This document shows positions 28,885-38,647 of a DNA stretch of 64,000 nt, in pieces. The stretch lies in contig DATMEZ010000202.1 of NCBI GenBank assembly GCA_035556415.1, positions 6,899 through 70,898 of the forward strand, written 5' to 3'. Below the pieces are notes generated by a model. That model saw only the letters and a list, made by a program, of their open reading frames with translations, was not told the DNA's origin and made no database searches. The stretch comes from Povalibacter sp. Its GTDB lineage: Bacteria; Pseudomonadota; Gammaproteobacteria; Steroidobacterales; Steroidobacteraceae. Made by a program: the position numbers and the translations under genes. The number at the start of each line of letters is the position of its first letter. Position 1 is the stretch's first letter.

Positions 28885-29592
28885 TTAGCTCTGCGGTTTC
28901 TCGATGCCCAGCAGCTCCACTTCGAACACCAGCACGGCGCCGGGCTTGATGTCCGGCGGCGCGCCGCGATCGCCGTAGGCGATGCTGGAAGGACAGACCA
29001 GGCGGCTCTTGCCGCCGACCTTCATCAACTGCACACCTTCGGTCCAGCACGGGATCACGCCGTTGAGCGGGAACGTGGCCGGCTCGTTGCGTTCCACCGA
29101 GCTGTCGAACACTTTGCCGTTCGGCAGCGTGCCGTGATAGTGGACCTTGACCACGTCCGTGGCCTGCGGCGAAGGACCGGTGCCTTCGGTAATGACCGAG
29201 TACACCAGGCCCGAGTCGGTCTTCTGCGCGCCCTTCTCGGCAGCGGCCTTGGCGAGATACTCATCGCCGGTCTTCTTTTCGACTTCCGCTGCTGCCGCCA
29301 GACGCTGTTCCTGCAGCTGCTGGATCTGGGGGAAATAGGCGGTCGGGTCGCCGATCTTCGGCTCCTTGTGCAGGGCGGCGTCGGTAAGGCCGGCCTTCAC
29401 CTGCTCCAGTTCCGCCTCGGTGAGATCGAAGGAGGAGACGTTGCGGCCGATGGCGGTGCCCAGCGCGTACAGCGTCTTGTCCTGCTCGGTGACGGGGGTG
29501 CCGTTGCGGGCCTGGGACTTGGCCGGGCCTTCGGCGGAATTGCAGCCGGCGCAGGCAACCGCCACGGCGAGGGCGAGCAGGGTGTGACGCAT
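28885..29592 (-). CDS. FKBP-type peptidyl-prolyl isomerase (FkpA/Mip-like lipoprotein)
   Basis: Lipobox ACAGC, VHYHGTL, FDSS, VIPCWTEG, AYG, LVFEVELL. Confidence 0.93.
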   Translation of the reverse strand: MRHTLLALAVAVACAGCNSAEGPAKSQARNGTPVTEQDKTLYALGTAIGRNVSSFDLTEAELEQVKAGLTDAALHKEPKIGDPTAYFPQIQQLQEQRLAAAAEVEKKTGDEYLAKAAAEKGAQKTDSGLVYSVITEGTGPSPQATDVVKVHYHGTLPNGKVFDSSVERNEPATFPLNGVIPCWTEGVQLMKVGGKSRLVCPSSIAYGDRGAPPDIKPGAVLVFEVELLGIEKPQS

Positions 29593-29671
29593 GGAAATCC
29601 TTGGATGAATGTCGCGACTATGAAGTTCAAAGGTTGCACCAGGACGGTCTGCCTCAGGCGCGACCGTTAGC

Positions 29672-30043
29672 CTACCGCGTTTGGGCTGGCGTCGTCTTCA
29701 TGCAGCACTCCCGCAGGCCGGCATCGTCGCGGCTGTTGCGAGCGCACCGGATGCCGCGGCGATCCGATTGCAGGTCGCGCCATTCGGCATCGCCGTGGCC
29801 GAACAGATCTTTCAGTTCCTTGCCCACGCTGGCCATGGACGCTTCGGTCACGCTGCAATAGCGGGCGATCAGGCCGGCGGCCAGGCAATGCGCCTGGCTG
29901 TCGGGAAGCTGCTCGGGCAGGCGCTCGCGCAGCGCGGCCTGCATGCAGCCGAGGCTCGATTTGGCCGGTCGCGCCTCGCGATACGGCAACGGCGCACAGG
30001 CCGCCGTTGCCAGGATCGCCAGAGTCAGGCCGAGGCGGCGCAA
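29672..30043 (-). CDS. Small Cys-rich lipoprotein of unknown function
   Basis: Lipobox TAAC, motif AHC..YC..GKELKD..G.AE..D...D..G; starts 7 nt after the dcp stop. Confidence 0.75.
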   Translation of the reverse strand: MRRLGLTLAILATAACAPLPYREARPAKSSLGCMQAALRERLPEQLPDSQAHCLAAGLIARYCSVTEASMASVGKELKDLFGHGDAEWRDLQSDRRGIRCARNSRDDAGLRECCMKTTPAQTR

Positions 30044-30050
30044 CTACGTG

Positions 30051-32264
30051 CTACTTGGCTCCGCCCGCGACCACCAGGCCGCGCGACTCCAGGAGCGGCG
30101 CGATGTCTGGCGCCTTGCCGTAGAAGTCCTTGAACATGGTCAGCGCATCGACGCTGAAGCCCTTCGACAGCACCTTCTGCCGCAGCGCATCGCCGTTCTC
30201 GCGCTTGAGCCCGCCGTTGGTGTTGAACCAATGCTCGGTGTCGCGCGCCAGCACGTCGCTCCAGATGTACGCGTAGTAACCGGCCGAGTAGCCGATCGGG
30301 TTGGCGAACACGTGCGAGAAGTAGGTCGAGCGATAGCGCGGCGGCACCGGGGCGAAATCCACGCCCGCCTTGACCAGCGCGGCGGTCTCGAAGTTGGCCG
30401 CGGAGCTGGCGGGCGGCGTCTCGTCGGCGCGCAGCTGGTGCCAGGTCTGATCGAGCATGGCTGCCGCAAGGTACTCGGTGGTTGCAAAGCCCTGGTTGAA
30501 CTTGCGCGCCGCCAGCACCTTGTCCATCAGCGCCTTGGGCATCGGCTCGCCGGTCTCGTAGTGCTTGGCGTAATTCGCCAGCACGCGCGGCTCGGTCGCC
30601 CACATCTCGTTGTACTGCGACGGGAACTCGACGAAGTCCCGCGGCACGTTGGTGCCGGAGAACTGCGGGTACTGCACGCTGGAGAACAGGCCGTGCAGCG
30701 CATGGCCGAATTCGTGGAACGCGGTGGTCACTTCGTCGAAGGTCAGCAGGGTCGGCTCGCCTTTCGGCGGTTTCGGAATGTTGAGATTGTTGACGACGAC
30801 GGCTCGCGTGCCGAACAGGCGCGACTGGTCCACGAAGCTGTTCATCCATGCGCCGCCACGCTTGTTGTCACGCGCGTACCAATCGGCAAGGAACAGACCG
30901 AGCGGTGAGCCGTCGGCATTCCAGAGTTCAAACACGCGCACGTCTTCCTGGTAGACCGGCAGATCCTTGCGCTCCTTGAAGGTGATTCCATACAGCTCGT
31001 GCGCCGCGAACAGCACGCCATCGCGCAGCACGCGGTCCATTTCGAAGTACGGCCGGACCTGCGACTCGTCGTACGAGTACTTGGCCGCGCGCACCTGCTC
31101 GGCGTAGAAGTCCCAGTCCCAGGCAGCGAGCTGGAACGACGCAGTGCCGGCGGCCTTGGCCTGCTTGTCGATCAGCTTCTGCATCTCGGCGGCTTCCTTC
31201 TTCGCGTTCGCCACGGCGGGTGGCGCGAGTTGCGCGAGCATCTTGTTGGCCGCCGCCGGCGTCAGCGCGGTCTCATCTTCGAGAACGTAAGCAGCATGGT
31301 TCGGATAGCCGAGCAGGGCGGCGCGCTCCGCTCGCAGCTTGACGATTTGTGTGATCAGGCCGGTGGTGTCGAATTCACCGCCCCAGCCGCGCGCAATCGA
31401 CGCCTTGTAGATGCGCTCGCGTGTCGCACGATTCTTCAGCTGCGACAGCGACGGCTGGCCAGTGGTATTGAGCAGCGCGATCACCCACTTGCCTTCCAGT
31501 TTGCGCGCCTTGGCGGCTTCGGCGGCAGTGGCGATCTGCTGCGGCGACAGCCCGTCCAGATCCTTCACGTCGTCGAACACCACGGCGCTGGCGTTCACGC
31601 CTTTGAGCACCGTCTGGCTGAACTGGGTGGTCAGCGTCGACAGTTGCTCGTTCATCTGGCGCAGCCGCACCTTGTCCGCTTCGGAGAGCTTGGCGCCGGC
31701 GCGAACGAACAGGGTGTAGTAGCGCTCGAGCAATCGCTGCGACTCGGCATCCAGCCCCAGCGAAGCGCGCTGCTGGTACAGCGAATTGACGCGGGAGAAC
31801 AGCTCGGGGTTCAGATAGATCGCATCGGAGTGCGCCGACAGCTTCGGCGCCAGCTCGGCCTGCAGCTTCTCCAATTCCGGATTGGTGTTGGAAGAAGTCA
31901 GGTTGTAGAACACGCTGCTGGCGCGCGTCAGCAACTGGCCCGAGCGCTCCATCGCGACGATGGTGTTCTCGAACGTCACGGCAGCGCGGTTGCGCGTGAT
32001 TGCATTGATCTCCTGGCGCTGCTCGGCCATACCCGCTTCGATCGCCGGACCGAAGTCGGCGTTCTGGATCTGATCGAACGGCGGCAGCTGGTACGGCAGC
32101 GTGCTCGGCTGCATGAGCGGATTGGTCCGCACGGGCGCGGCCGGTGCGGCAGTTTCAGCAGCGGGCGGCGGGGGAGGTGTGGCATTCATCGTATTCACCG
32201 GGTCTTGCGCACAGGCGGCGAGCAGGAGCAGCAGGGAGGCCGAAGCCGGCTTGAGAGCATTCAT
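30051..32264 (-). CDS. dcp: M3 family peptidyl-dipeptidase Dcp (lipoprotein)
   Basis: KRGGAWM, FHEFGHALH, RDFVEFPSQ, YSAGYYAYIWS; lipobox LAAC. Confidence 0.92.
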   Translation of the reverse strand: MNALKPASASLLLLLAACAQDPVNTMNATPPPPPAAETAAPAAPVRTNPLMQPSTLPYQLPPFDQIQNADFGPAIEAGMAEQRQEINAITRNRAAVTFENTIVAMERSGQLLTRASSVFYNLTSSNTNPELEKLQAELAPKLSAHSDAIYLNPELFSRVNSLYQQRASLGLDAESQRLLERYYTLFVRAGAKLSEADKVRLRQMNEQLSTLTTQFSQTVLKGVNASAVVFDDVKDLDGLSPQQIATAAEAAKARKLEGKWVIALLNTTGQPSLSQLKNRATRERIYKASIARGWGGEFDTTGLITQIVKLRAERAALLGYPNHAAYVLEDETALTPAAANKMLAQLAPPAVANAKKEAAEMQKLIDKQAKAAGTASFQLAAWDWDFYAEQVRAAKYSYDESQVRPYFEMDRVLRDGVLFAAHELYGITFKERKDLPVYQEDVRVFELWNADGSPLGLFLADWYARDNKRGGAWMNSFVDQSRLFGTRAVVVNNLNIPKPPKGEPTLLTFDEVTTAFHEFGHALHGLFSSVQYPQFSGTNVPRDFVEFPSQYNEMWATEPRVLANYAKHYETGEPMPKALMDKVLAARKFNQGFATTEYLAAAMLDQTWHQLRADETPPASSAANFETAALVKAGVDFAPVPPRYRSTYFSHVFANPIGYSAGYYAYIWSDVLARDTEHWFNTNGGLKRENGDALRQKVLSKGFSVDALTMFKDFYGKAPDIAPLLESRGLVVAGGAK

Positions 32265-32566
32265 AGGATTCCTTGCAGTGGATTCATATGCGCCAAGCGC
32301 AGCAGATTAGCCCGGATTGTGCAATTCTCAACCGAGCAAATCCCTCAATTCGCCACAATCTGGCCGCGCCGCCGGCGTTGGACGGATCTTCCGGAGCGCG
32401 CGGCGCGTCCGTATACAAAGCGTCGGGGCGCGCACTCGGGCCGGAGCAGAAATTCACTGGTGACGCGGTTGCGCAACTTGTCTGCCTGAGGTGTCATGCG
32501 GTCTGACGTATCCGCCAGGGCTCCTTGCCCGGCAGCGACCTCGACCCCCAGGAGTGAGCAGCAGCG

Positions 32567-33271
32567 ATGATCGACCTGTATTTCAGTGCGACGCCCAATG
32601 GGCTCAAGATGAAACTGTTTCTGGAAGAGACCGGTCTGCCGTACCGGGTGATTCCGGTCTCCCTGAACAAGGGCGAACAGTTCAAGCCCGAGTTCCTTGC
32701 CATCTCGCCCAACAACAAGATTCCCGCCATCGTCGATCACGCACCAAGTGACGGCGGCGGGCCGTTGTCGCTGTTCGAGTCCGGCGCCATTCTGCTGTAC
32801 CTGGCGGAAAAGACCGGTCAGCTGATTCCGTCCGACGTGCGCGGCCGTGCCGAGGTGCTGCAGTGGCTGTTCTGGCAGGTGGCGGGCCTGGGACCGATGG
32901 CCGGCCAGAACGGGCACTTCAACGTCTATGCGCCGGAAAAGGTGCCGTACGCCATCGACCGCTACAACCGCGAGACCAACCGTCTGTACGGCGTGCTCGA
33001 CAAGCGCCTGGCGGACCGCGAGTTCGTGGCCGGCGCGGCTTATTCCATCGCCGATATCGCCAGTTATCCGTGGATCGTGCCGCATGAATCGCACCAGCAG
33101 AATCTCGACGACTTCCCGCATCTGAAGCGCTGGTTCCAGACGGTCGCAGCCCGGCCTGCCACGGTGCGCGCCTATGAATCGGCGCCCGAGACGTATGCAC
33201 CGAAGCAGGCGATGACGGACGAGGAGAGGAAGATCCTGTTCGGGCAGACGGCCGCTTCCACCAGCCGCTGA
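32567..33271 (+). CDS. Glutathione S-transferase, YfcG-like (nu class)
   Basis: TPNG, SPNNKIPAI, FESGAIL, WLFWQ..LGPM.GQ. Confidence 0.92.
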   Translation: MIDLYFSATPNGLKMKLFLEETGLPYRVIPVSLNKGEQFKPEFLAISPNNKIPAIVDHAPSDGGGPLSLFESGAILLYLAEKTGQLIPSDVRGRAEVLQWLFWQVAGLGPMAGQNGHFNVYAPEKVPYAIDRYNRETNRLYGVLDKRLADREFVAGAAYSIADIASYPWIVPHESHQQNLDDFPHLKRWFQTVAARPATVRAYESAPETYAPKQAMTDEERKILFGQTAASTSR

Positions 33272-33451
33272 CATGCGTCGCTCACGCTGCCTTCCGATTT
33301 GCAGAGGCAGGCCTTCTCGATGGCTGGCGCGGCAAGCTGTTCGCTTGCCGCGCCACGGTCGTGCTTCTGAATTTCACCGCAACGAGTGATTCGCTCCGTC
33401 AGGACTGCATGCCGTTCGCATGACAGCCCTGACGCGCGGTATGACGCTACG

Positions 33452-34075
33452 TTACGCTGCGATCGCTTCCGTAGCCGGCTCGAATATCCGCGCAATCGCA
33501 TTCCGTGCACCCGTCAGGCTCTTGGTGCGTGTTTCCTCGTTGATGGCCAGACCTTCGGCGTGCACGAACTGCACGTCCGTCAGTCCGATGAAGCCCAGGA
33601 ATTGGCGCAGATACGGCGTCTGGGTGTCGACGCCTTCGGGATAGAAGCCGCCGCGCGCGATGAACACGTACGTCTTCTTGCCCTTGATCAGGCCCTCCGG
33701 GCCTTCCGCCGTATAGCGGAACGTCACGCCGGAGCGCGCGATGTGATCGAAGTAGGTGCGCAGCGTCGAAGGCACGCTGAAGTTGTACATCGGCACCGCG
33801 AACACGATCACGTCGGCGTTCTTCAGCTCGTCGATCAGCTCATCCGAGAAATCGCTCACCGTCTTCTGGTCGGGCGTGCGCTCCTCCGGCTTGGCGAGCA
33901 GTGACTGGAAACGCTCCGCGGTCAGATGCGGTATCGGGTCCGTAGCCAGATCACGCGTAATCACGCGGCCGCCCGGATTGGCCGCCAGCCAGTTGGCCGC
34001 GAACTGATCCGCGAGTTGGGTGGAATGACCCTGCGTGCCGAACAGGGCGGCCTGGACCTTGAGCAGCGTTTTCAT
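33452..34075 (-). CDS. azoR: FMN-dependent NADH-azoreductase
   Basis: PMYNFSVPSTL, RSGVTFRYT.GPEGL, RGG.Y, AEGL. Confidence 0.92.
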   Translation of the reverse strand: MKTLLKVQAALFGTQGHSTQLADQFAANWLAANPGGRVITRDLATDPIPHLTAERFQSLLAKPEERTPDQKTVSDFSDELIDELKNADVIVFAVPMYNFSVPSTLRTYFDHIARSGVTFRYTAEGPEGLIKGKKTYVFIARGGFYPEGVDTQTPYLRQFLGFIGLTDVQFVHAEGLAINEETRTKSLTGARNAIARIFEPATEAIAA

Positions 34076-34142
34076 CGGAAACCTCTTTGCCATGCGGTGA
34101 ATCGGTGTCCGTATTAAATGATTGAATGAGTAGATAAAAAAG

Positions 34143-34178
34143 ATCAATAATCCGCTTAAATCAATCGATTAATTAGAT
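34143..34178. promoter_or_regulatory. LysR-type operator in the AT-rich divergent azoR/lysR spacer
   Basis: ATC-N9-GAT (T-N11-A) at 34164-34178, plus a weaker copy at 34143-34157. Confidence 0.55.
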
Positions 34179-34196
34179 ATTTGTTCGGGGGTGGGA

Positions 34197-35153
34197 ATGA
34201 AAGTGACTGATCTGCTAGGGAATATTCCCCGCATCACGCTCGAACAATGGCGCTGCCTGGTCGCGGTGGTGGACGCCGGCGGTTACGCGCAGGCGGCCGC
34301 AGTGCTGCACAAAAGCCAGTCCTCGGTGACTTACGCTGTGCAGAAGCTCGAGGAACTGTTGGCCGTGCGTGCTTTCGAGATCCAGGGACGCAAGGCCGTA
34401 CTCACGTCGACGGGGCAGATGCTCTACCGCCGTGCGCACACGCTGCTCGAAGACGCAGGCGGATTGGAGCGGGCCGCGCGCAAAGTGTCGGCCGGATGGG
34501 AGGCGCAGATCTCACTGGCGGTGGAGGTCGTGTTTCCGACGTGGTTGATTCTCGACGTGCTCAATCGCTTCGGCACGGAGAGTCCGCAAACGCACATCGA
34601 GCTGCTGGAGACAGTGATTGGTGGCACCGACGAGGCCATCCGGAGCGGATCGGTGGATCTCGCCATTTCGCCGGTCATTCCTCAGGGCTACAGCGGAGAG
34701 CCGCTGATGCGCGCGCCTTTTATCCCGGTCGCACATCCCGATCACGCGCTTCACAAGTTGGGTCGTGACATCACCGCACGCGATCTGCGCAAGCATCGTC
34801 ACCTCGTCGTCCGTGACTCGGGTTCGCAGCGCGAGAAGAGCGTGCCCACGATGGAAGGCGAGCAGCGCTGGACTGTCACGAACATGACGACCTCGATCGG
34901 CGCTGCCTGCCGTGGCTACGGTTTCGCATGGTTCCCGGAAGAGAAAATCCGCACCGAGCTGGCGCAGGGCATCCTCAAGCCGCTGCCACTGCGCGGCGGT
35001 AGCGAGAGGAGTCTGCAGGTGTACCTGATCTTCACTGACCCGGATGCGGCGGGCCCGGGCACGTTACGACTTGCGGCTATCCTCCGCGAGGGAGTAGCGC
35101 GTGCTTGCCGCGAGATGAGCTCCGGCAATGCGCGTTCATCCGCGAACAGATGA
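34197..35153 (+). CDS. LysR family transcriptional regulator
   Basis: HTH AQAAAVLHKSQSSVTYAVQKLE; divergent from azoR. Confidence 0.93.
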   Translation: MKVTDLLGNIPRITLEQWRCLVAVVDAGGYAQAAAVLHKSQSSVTYAVQKLEELLAVRAFEIQGRKAVLTSTGQMLYRRAHTLLEDAGGLERAARKVSAGWEAQISLAVEVVFPTWLILDVLNRFGTESPQTHIELLETVIGGTDEAIRSGSVDLAISPVIPQGYSGEPLMRAPFIPVAHPDHALHKLGRDITARDLRKHRHLVVRDSGSQREKSVPTMEGEQRWTVTNMTTSIGAACRGYGFAWFPEEKIRTELAQGILKPLPLRGGSERSLQVYLIFTDPDAAGPGTLRLAAILREGVARACREMSSGNARSSANR

Positions 35154-35178
35154 CGCGCAGACATGCTATTCGGCGATC

Positions 35179-36867
35179 TTAGTCGACAGCGGTGAAGTCC
35201 TCGATGAAGAACTCGAACTCACCGCGGACATTGTCTGTACGCCGCGCGCGTTCCATCGAGCGCAGCTCGACGCGACGGATCTTGCCGGAAATGGTTTTCG
35301 GCAGATCGCAGAACTCGATGCGCCGTATCCGCTTGTACGCTGCCAGTCGCGAACGGGAGAAGTCGAACAGGGCGCGCGCGAGATCGTCCGAAGGGGAGAA
35401 TCCCGGCTTGAGCACGATGAACGCTTTCGGCACCGACAGCCGCACCGGATCCGGGCTCGGCACGATGGCAGCTTCGGCCACGCAAGGATGCTCCAGCAGT
35501 GCGCTCTCCAGCTCGAACGGGCTGATGCGGTAGTCCGAGCTCTTGAACAGATCGTCGCCGCGCGCCAGGTACGTGAACGAGCCGTCGGCAGTGCGGATGG
35601 CTTCGTCGCCGGTGCGGTAGTACCCGCCCGCCATCGCTTGCGCGGTGCGTTGCGGATCGTCGAGATAGCCGACCATCAGACCAGTTGGTCGCCGCGTGGT
35701 GCGCAGCGCAATCTCGCCTTCATCGACGTCGTGCCCGGATGAATCCAGCAATGCCACTTCATAGCCCGGCAGCGGCCGACCCATCGAGCCCGGCGTGACC
35801 GGCTGTCCCGGCGGATTGCCGATCTGCGCCGTCGTTTCCGTCTGGCCGAAACCGTCGCGAATCGTGATGCCCCAGGCATCCTGCACGCGCTCGATGACCT
35901 CGGGGTTGAGCGGCTCGCCAGCACTGGCGAGCTCGCGCAGCGCCGCCGGTTTCGTTCCCAGATCCGCGAGGATCATCATCCGCCACACGGTCGGCGGCGC
36001 ACACAGCGTCGATACCTGGTGATTGCGGATGACATCGAGCGTGCGCTGCGCGTCGAAGCGTTTGTAGTCGAATGTCAGCACCGTAGCGCCGGCGTTCCAC
36101 GGCGCGAAGAAACAACTCCACGCGTGCTTCGCCCAGCCCGGCGAGCTGATGTTGAAGTGCACGTCGCCGGGCTGGATGCCGATCCAGTACATGGTCGAGA
36201 GATGGCCGACCGGATAGCTTTCATGCGTGTGCAGCACCAGCTTGGGCTTCGCGGTGGTGCCCGAGGTGAAGTACAGCAGCAGCGGATCGGTCGCGAGCGT
36301 TTCACCATCCGGCACGAACTGCGCCGGACTTGCGTAAGCCTGCTCGAATTGTTTGAAGCCTGCTTGCGGTGCACCAACGACGATACGCGTCATGTCTCCT
36401 GAGATGTCCGCGAACCGGTCGACGTTGGCTGCGCCGACCACGATGTGCTTTACATTGCCGCGCGCGATTCGCTCCTCGAGATCCGGCCGGGTCAGCTGGG
36501 TGGTGCAGGGAATGATCACTGCGCCGAGCTTGATGGCGGCGAGCATCGTTTCCCACAGCTCCAGCTCGTTGCCCAGCATCACCAGAATTCGATCGCCGCG
36601 CCGCACGCCCCAGGCGCGCAATGCGTTGGCGACGCGGTTGGAGCTGGCGGACAGGTCGGCGAACGAGCGTTCGGTCACCTGCAAGTCGTCGGCGACGATT
36701 CGCAGGGCCGGACGTTCATTGCCGGCGGCGAACACGTCGAACCAGTCGAGCGCCCAGTTGAAGGTGGGCAGCTTCGGCCAGGCGAAGTCGCGGTAGGCCC
36801 GCTGGTAATCCGTGCGGTGTTGCAGCAGGAACTGGCGCGCCCGCGCAAATTCGTCGTTGACGTTCAT
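35179..36867 (-). CDS. AMP-binding short/medium-chain acyl-CoA synthetase
   Basis: YFTSGTTAKPK, SAGEPLNP, DGFGQTET, YRTGD, LPKTISGKIRR. Confidence 0.92.
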   Translation of the reverse strand: MNVNDEFARARQFLLQHRTDYQRAYRDFAWPKLPTFNWALDWFDVFAAGNERPALRIVADDLQVTERSFADLSASSNRVANALRAWGVRRGDRILVMLGNELELWETMLAAIKLGAVIIPCTTQLTRPDLEERIARGNVKHIVVGAANVDRFADISGDMTRIVVGAPQAGFKQFEQAYASPAQFVPDGETLATDPLLLYFTSGTTAKPKLVLHTHESYPVGHLSTMYWIGIQPGDVHFNISSPGWAKHAWSCFFAPWNAGATVLTFDYKRFDAQRTLDVIRNHQVSTLCAPPTVWRMMILADLGTKPAALRELASAGEPLNPEVIERVQDAWGITIRDGFGQTETTAQIGNPPGQPVTPGSMGRPLPGYEVALLDSSGHDVDEGEIALRTTRRPTGLMVGYLDDPQRTAQAMAGGYYRTGDEAIRTADGSFTYLARGDDLFKSSDYRISPFELESALLEHPCVAEAAIVPSPDPVRLSVPKAFIVLKPGFSPSDDLARALFDFSRSRLAAYKRIRRIEFCDLPKTISGKIRRVELRSMERARRTDNVRGEFEFFIEDFTAVD

Positions 36868-36936
36868 TCGGCTCCCCCTTTGCCGCACTGAATGCGCGGC
36901 ATTGTAGCCAGGCCGGCCTCGCTTGCGGTCGTTCGG

Positions 36937-36975
36937 GACCGTATGTTACGGTCGGTAACATTACGGCAGGTAACA
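36937..36975. promoter_or_regulatory. Tandem BlaI-type operator palindromes
   Basis: TGTTAC-N5-GTAACA at 36944-36960 followed by TTAC-N5-GTAACA at 36961-36975, directly before the blaI ATG. Confidence 0.7.
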
Positions 36976-36978
36976 TTC

Positions 36979-37389
36979 ATGAAGCACACCAAGACCGACC
37001 TGGGCGAGCTGGAGCACGAAGTGATGCGGCTGGTGTGGGCACACGGCCCGTTGACCGCCGAAGCGGTGCGCGAGCGAATCGGCCGCGAACTGAAGGAAGC
37101 GACCATTCGCACCGTGCTGCGCCGCCTGGAGGAGAAGGGCTATGTCACTCACACAGTCGACAACCGCACGTTCGTCTATAGCGCCGTCGAAAGTCGCGAG
37201 CGCGTTGCCGCGCGTGCGGTGAAGCGCATCGTCGATTGGTTCTGCGACGGCTCGGTCGACGATGTGTTGGTGGGGATGGTGGATACCGAAATGCTCGGCA
37301 AGTCGCAGCTCGACAAGCTGGTCAAGCGCATCGAGCAGGCCAAGGCAGCGAAGAAAACGCCGGCCCGTAACAAGAAAGGAGAGAAGTGA
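36979..37389 (+). CDS. BlaI/MecI/CopY family repressor
   Basis: LGELEHEVMRLVW, TIRTVLRRLEEKGYV, F.Y.A, FCDGS. Confidence 0.93.
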   Translation: MKHTKTDLGELEHEVMRLVWAHGPLTAEAVRERIGRELKEATIRTVLRRLEEKGYVTHTVDNRTFVYSAVESRERVAARAVKRIVDWFCDGSVDDVLVGMVDTEMLGKSQLDKLVKRIEQAKAAKKTPARNKKGEK

Positions 37390-38633
37390 TGCTGTCCATC
37401 CTGCTCGAATCTTCGCTGCGGTCGCTGTTGCTCGGCGCCATCGCGTGGTCGTTGTTGAAGATGTTGCGGGTAAGCAATCCGCAAATGCAGCGTGCCGTGT
37501 GGATCGCCGTGCTGGCGGCCTCGATCGCCATGCCTGCGCTGATGCAATGGGCGCGCGTGCCAGCGCCGGCGTCGGCTGTCGATTGGGCTGTCTCGGCCCA
37601 GTCCATCGAGGTCGTTTCCGCGACGCTGACCGATTGGACCGCGATCGTTCTTCTGGGTTACTTCGCAGTCGCCGGGCTGCTTCTGGCGCGGCTTGTTTTC
37701 GGGCTCGCCCGTAGCTGGCGTACGTGCAGGCGGGCACAACCCGTCACGGCGGAATGGACCGGCGGGCTGGATATCCGCGTCAGCGAGGAAGTGCATGCGC
37801 CGGCCACGTTTGCTTCCAGCATTCTGCTGCCGGTGAATCATGTCGCCTGGAGCGACGTGCGGCGCACGGCGGTGTTGACGCATGAATGCGAGCACATGAG
37901 AAATCGCGACTTCCAGGTGCGACTGCTGGCCCATCTGTATCGCGCCGTCTTCTGGTTCAATCCGCTCGCCTGGTGGCTGCCGCAGCGGCTCGCGATGCTC
38001 GGCGAGCAATTGAGTGACGATGCCGCGATCGGACGGGTGGGCGACCGGGTGGCGTACGCACAGATGCTGGTGGATTTCTCGCGCTCGCCCGCGGATCGCC
38101 TCCCCGGTGCTTTCGCGATGGCGCGACGGGCCACCGTGTCCGCTCGCGTGGAGCGGATTCTTGAAAGCAGCGATCTGCCGCAGAAGATTGGGCGCCTGAA
38201 AGCGTTCGGACTGGCCAGTGCGCTGCTGCCGCTGATCTGGATTGTTGCTGGCTGCTCGTCGGACAAGAGTGGCCCCAGGGAAAGCGCGGCATCTGCGCCG
38301 GCGCACGGTGCAGCGACCGACACGTCCACCGAAACGCCGACACCTGAGAATGTAGTGCTCCCGACGAGCAACAAGCAGATTCCGCTGGCTGCGCCCCGTT
38401 ATCCCTCCGATGCAAGACGTCAGGGGCAGGCGGGCACGGTCGTCATGCGTCTGCATGTCCTCGAAGACGGCAGCGTCGACGACGTGAAGATCAAGGAATC
38501 GAGCGGCTTCGCGGTGCTGGACGACGCGGCGGCCACGACTGCCCGCACCTGGCGTCTGGATGCCGGCACCATCGATGGCAAGCCGGCACCGATGTGGGGC
38601 CGCTTTGCGGTGACGTTCAAACTCGAGGATTGA
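37386..38633 (+). CDS. M56 (BlaR1-like) metallopeptidase fused to a TonB C-terminal domain
   Basis: HECEH (HExxH), FWFNPLAW, EQLSDD; C-terminal P.YP..ARRQGQAGTV..SSG..LD.AA..W. Confidence 0.9.
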   Translation: MMLSILLESSLRSLLLGAIAWSLLKMLRVSNPQMQRAVWIAVLAASIAMPALMQWARVPAPASAVDWAVSAQSIEVVSATLTDWTAIVLLGYFAVAGLLLARLVFGLARSWRTCRRAQPVTAEWTGGLDIRVSEEVHAPATFASSILLPVNHVAWSDVRRTAVLTHECEHMRNRDFQVRLLAHLYRAVFWFNPLAWWLPQRLAMLGEQLSDDAAIGRVGDRVAYAQMLVDFSRSPADRLPGAFAMARRATVSARVERILESSDLPQKIGRLKAFGLASALLPLIWIVAGCSSDKSGPRESAASAPAHGAATDTSTETPTPENVVLPTSNKQIPLAAPRYPSDARRQGQAGTVVMRLHVLEDGSVDDVKIKESSGFAVLDDAAATTARTWRLDAGTIDGKPAPMWGRFAVTFKLED

Positions 38634-38647
38634 GTGGGCACATCGCA

